A DNA stretch of 64,000 nt from Bacteroidia bacterium. GTDB taxonomy: Bacteria; Bacteroidota; Bacteroidia; M30B66. The stretch lies in contig OZ257142.1 of assembly GCA_965279035.1 (NCBI GenBank), positions 160,001 through 224,000 on the forward strand, in the 5' to 3' direction. Shown here piece after piece: positions 60,795 through 64,000 of this stretch. The notes under the pieces were generated by a model. The model saw only the letters and a program-made list of their open reading frames with translations, had not been told where the DNA came from and ran no database searches. Both the position numbers and the translations under genes were made by a program. Numbering within the stretch: the first letter of the stretch is position 1; each line of letters starts with the position of its first letter.

Positions 60795-62231
60795 ATGAAA
60801 TTATCTACAATTGTTCGCTTACCACTTTTCGCAGCAGCATTGCTCGTTGCTGGAAATGCAGAAGCACAAGTAACAGCTACTAGCGTAGTAGGCTTTACAC
60901 AAGGAATGCGCGCTGATGGTGTTTCTCCAATTGGAGTTACCCGTAGCAATGCTAACAATGCTCTTGGAGCAATTAACGTAAATGATGTAAACATCGGAGA
61001 AGTAGCTAACAATTCTGCTTCAGTTGAGTTTGTATCATTAGGATTTGGTGGTGAGATTGTACTTGAATTTGCAAGTCCAATCTGCAACATCTGGGGAAGT
61101 AACGATTTAACTATCTATGAAACTTCTTACGGAACACCTTCTTGCGCATCATGGCCAGAAAGAGCATTGGTTTATGCTCGTCAAGATGAGTGTCAGCCTT
61201 GGATTTTGATTAGCCCTAGTTTTGCTGATGGTGGAATTTGTCAAAATGCTGATCTTGATTTAGGTGTTCTTAGCTGGGCTAAATACATTAAAATTGAGGA
61301 CATCACAAACCCAACTACTTTCCTTGCAAACAACCAAGATGGTTATGATGTAGACGGTGTTGTTGGATATTCAACTTGTGATGGTGGTGCATATGGTGCT
61401 GGTGGTAAGTATTCACCAAATGCTGTTGCTTCTTTAGCTCAAGGTCTTCGTAGAAACGGAAGCGGAGTTCCTGCTAACCGTTCAATCCAAAGCAGAATGT
61501 TAGGTGCTCCTCAAATGAGTGATGCTTCTACAACTCCAGCTAACTATCCATTCTTTGCTCTTGGATATGCTGGTACAGTAACTCTTTCTTTCCCTTACAC
61601 AATTCTTAATGTAACAGGAGCTGATCTTCAAGTTTTTGAAACTACTTTCGGTGACAACCCTTCACGTCCTTGCTCTAGCTATCCTGAGAAGGCTAAATTC
61701 GAAGGTTCTGTTGATGGAATTACTTTCTTCGATCTTGATGCAGTTGTTACTGCTGATGATGGTGGTGCTATCCTTTGCCGCGATGGTAAATTGAATATCC
61801 CTGCTGGTCAAGCTGGTTTAAACTTCATCCGTGTTACAGATGTTACTACTGCTTTCGGTCCTGGAACTACAGATGCTTATGATATCGATGGTATCGTAGG
61901 TCTTGGTCAGTGTGGTGTTTCTACAAGCCCTAGCAACGGTCAAAAAGTAGCTACTGAAGAAGAAATTGGAGAAGGTGAATTCGGAATCGATATCTACCCT
62001 AACCCAGCTTCTGATGTTGCAACATTGAATGTTACTGGTGTTAACAACATGGATAACTACACAATCAAAGTAATTGATCTAATGGGTCGTGTTATCTCTA
62101 CTGAATCTGTAAACAACGGAACTGGTAGCTTTACTCACAATCTTGGAATCAACAAATTGACTGCTGGTATCTACATCATCTCTGTAGAATCTAACGGTTC
62201 ACGTGAAGTTGCTAAATTGATCAAAAAATAA
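60795..62231 (+). CDS. T9SS type A secreted protein with a tandemly duplicated uncharacterised domain
   Basis: Signal peptide; two homologous ~165-aa domains; IYPNPA...GIYIISV...KLIKK CTD. Confidence 0.85.
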   Translation: MKLSTIVRLPLFAAALLVAGNAEAQVTATSVVGFTQGMRADGVSPIGVTRSNANNALGAINVNDVNIGEVANNSASVEFVSLGFGGEIVLEFASPICNIWGSNDLTIYETSYGTPSCASWPERALVYARQDECQPWILISPSFADGGICQNADLDLGVLSWAKYIKIEDITNPTTFLANNQDGYDVDGVVGYSTCDGGAYGAGGKYSPNAVASLAQGLRRNGSGVPANRSIQSRMLGAPQMSDASTTPANYPFFALGYAGTVTLSFPYTILNVTGADLQVFETTFGDNPSRPCSSYPEKAKFEGSVDGITFFDLDAVVTADDGGAILCRDGKLNIPAGQAGLNFIRVTDVTTAFGPGTTDAYDIDGIVGLGQCGVSTSPSNGQKVATEEEIGEGEFGIDIYPNPASDVATLNVTGVNNMDNYTIKVIDLMGRVISTESVNNGTGSFTHNLGINKLTAGIYIISVESNGSREVAKLIKK

Positions 62232-62248
62232 TCAGTATCCCTGATACT

Positions 62249-62282
62249 AAAAACCCTGACCAAATGGTCAGGGTTTTTTTTT
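62249..62282 (+). terminator. Intrinsic terminator
   Basis: ACCCTGACCA-AA-TGGTCAGGGT followed by a T run. Confidence 0.88.
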
Positions 62283-62419
62283 GCCCATACTTAGCAAGAT
62301 TCTCCCAATACAAAATCTATTTTCATTACCCTTAAATCCTATTTACTCTTGCATTTATTTGAAGAGTATATCCATAGTTAATTTGAATTTATACTATGTA
62401 ACAATGAATCTAAACAACT

Positions 62420-62460
62420 AAAAAAACGGCGATATCTTTCGTCAAAGAATATCACCGTTT
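62420..62460 (-). terminator. Intrinsic terminator of the RND operon
   Basis: A7 then ACGGCGATAT...ATATCACCGT (G-U pair on the minus strand). Confidence 0.7.
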
Positions 62461-62480
62461 CTAATTTATCCTAAATGGAA

Positions 62481-63608
62481 TTAATCTTCCTCTGCAGTAT
62501 TTTTCAATTGCATGAGTAATGTATACGCTCCTTTTAATACTACAGTCTTTGAGACCAAGTTAGAGGCATCAATAATTTGAGTAAATCCATTTTCGTTACT
62601 ACCTGTAGTTACCTCAACTAATTCAAAGTGATTGGAATGATCTTGAACAAACACATATTGGTGTCCTTTAAATAATACAATTGCTTCGTCAGGCAATACA
62701 TCCGAATTAACACTCTTCAAATTAATCTCAGCATTCATAAACATGCCGGGAATTAGGAGCTCATCGTATTTTTCAAAATGACAATGGACTTCTGCATTTC
62801 TATCCTCAGATAATGTTTTCCCAATTAAGATTACCTCACATTCATGTTTCTTTTCTGGTTCACGATTGTTATAAGCAATAAGCTTTTGACCAATAAAAAT
62901 ATCATCCAAATCTTTTTCGAAAACAGTTAATGCAAGGTGAATGTCTGAAGGATTCACCAATTCGAAAAGCACCTCACTTGGTTGAGTATATTTTCCAATA
63001 TTCACGTTCACATGTGTTACAAACCCATCAATTGGAGAATACACATTGATGCTTTTGGATATCGTGTTTTCAGATAATTTATTAGGATCAATACCGATCA
63101 ACTTTAGCTTTTCACCTAATGATTTAAGCGTAATCTTTTGAGTTGTGAAATCCGATTCTGCTTGTTGAAAAACTTTGTCGCTTGTAGATTTACTTTGATT
63201 TAGCTCCTTCTGCCGTTCAAATTCTTTTTCGGAATATTTCAGTTTTGCTTCTGCTATTAAATAATCTTGTTGAAGCTGGATGTATTGCTGGTCTTCCATT
63301 ACGGCTATTACTTCTCCTTTTCTAATATGCATTCCTGGTAAAAGCTGAGTTGATTTTAAATAGCCACCTAAAGGAACGCTCACCGAAACCATATTTTGAG
63401 GTGGTACATCTATTTTACCGCTTACTTGAAGAATTCGAGAGATCATCTTTTTCTGAATATGACCAATCGTAATTCCTGCATTTTTTGCCTGTGAATCTGT
63501 CAGTGTTACCGTTTGTGTTTCGCTCAAAGGTTCTTGAGTTTGTTGTACCGTATTGGATCCACAAGCTGACATTAAAAGAATGGAAATGAATATATGATGA
63601 GTTTTCAT
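62481..63608 (-). CDS. Heavy-metal RND efflux periplasmic adaptor (CzcB/CusB-like)
   Basis: Lipobox MSAC; GKIDVPPQN..SVS.PLGGY, SPIDGFV, VHCHF, PGMFMNA. Confidence 0.88.
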   Translation of the reverse strand: MKTHHIFISILLMSACGSNTVQQTQEPLSETQTVTLTDSQAKNAGITIGHIQKKMISRILQVSGKIDVPPQNMVSVSVPLGGYLKSTQLLPGMHIRKGEVIAVMEDQQYIQLQQDYLIAEAKLKYSEKEFERQKELNQSKSTSDKVFQQAESDFTTQKITLKSLGEKLKLIGIDPNKLSENTISKSINVYSPIDGFVTHVNVNIGKYTQPSEVLFELVNPSDIHLALTVFEKDLDDIFIGQKLIAYNNREPEKKHECEVILIGKTLSEDRNAEVHCHFEKYDELLIPGMFMNAEINLKSVNSDVLPDEAIVLFKGHQYVFVQDHSNHFELVEVTTGSNENGFTQIIDASNLVSKTVVLKGAYTLLMQLKNTAEED

Positions 63609-63610
63609 GA

Positions 63611-64000
63611 TTAGTTGTTGTTTAGGTAATGAAGATGAATCATCACTGAATTAAGGTTGCTGATTACATTGAGGTAATCGTTTTGAATCGATATTGCCTG
63701 ATTGGTTAACATAACCCAATCGAGATAATTAATATCCCCATTTAAAAATTGACGGTTAGCCGTTTCAATTATCGTTTTAGCATTCGAAAGAGCCGTATTC
63801 TCATAATATTCAGCTGTCTTTGTAAAATTTTGAAAGCTTGTTAATGCTTCTTGAAACTCAGCTCCCAGCTTGTTCAGTTCTGAATTATACACGTTTTCTG
63901 CAATCAATTGATTAATCCCTGCAGCTTTAATTCGAGCTCTTTGTGATCCAGAAAACAAGGGAATTCCTAAACCAATTTGTCCCGATTGAAAACGTGTTGA
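63611..64000 (-). CDS. 3' end of an outer-membrane efflux (TolC-like) domain, probably the C-terminus of a CzcA/CusA-TolC fusion; starts beyond the window
   Basis: Frame open from 64000: RFQSGQIGLGIPLF...QFLNGDINYLDW; lies upstream of a CzcB-like gene. The fusion is inferred from the common Bacteroidota layout. Confidence 0.75.
   Translation of the reverse strand, partial: STRFQSGQIGLGIPLFSGSQRARIKAAGINQLIAENVYNSELNKLGAEFQEALTSFQNFTKTAEYYENTALSNAKTIIETANRQFLNGDINYLDWVMLTNQAISIQNDYLNVISNLNSVMIHLHYLNNN

Overview
Bacteroidota chromosomal window. The phylum call rests on many T9SS C-terminal sorting domains, TAnnTTTG -7 promoter elements, an alpha2-type GlyRS and a lone gcvP. Left to right it holds: a cluster of T9SS-secreted proteins (M43 metalloprotease, a 3382-aa modular surface protein, a type-B-CTD protein); an ECF sigma/zf-HC2 pair; dxs; a solo IS200/IS605-like HUH (Y1) nuclease gene embedded in ~65-nt-period arrays of a 20-nt palindrome (CCYCGGAC-TGAA-GTCCGRGG), with a detached 85-bp doublet that now forms the 3' ends of two host genes; an ABC transporter; a methyltransferase; a PAS-PAS-HisKA-REC protein lacking the ATPase domain; glyQS; nrdBA; a candidate structured ncRNA; tetR-tolC-MFP-RND; sod; hemL; gcvP; more T9SS proteins; mlaEF-queA; pabB-tilS; lemA-TPM-TPM; and the end of a heavy-metal RND operon. 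No rRNA, tRNA or CRISPR array was seen. The best candidates for something undescribed are the HUH nuclease plus palindromic array system (18397-21432) and the orphan structured RNA (33341-33540, minus strand). All calls come from reading the sequence by eye; no searches or folding were run.
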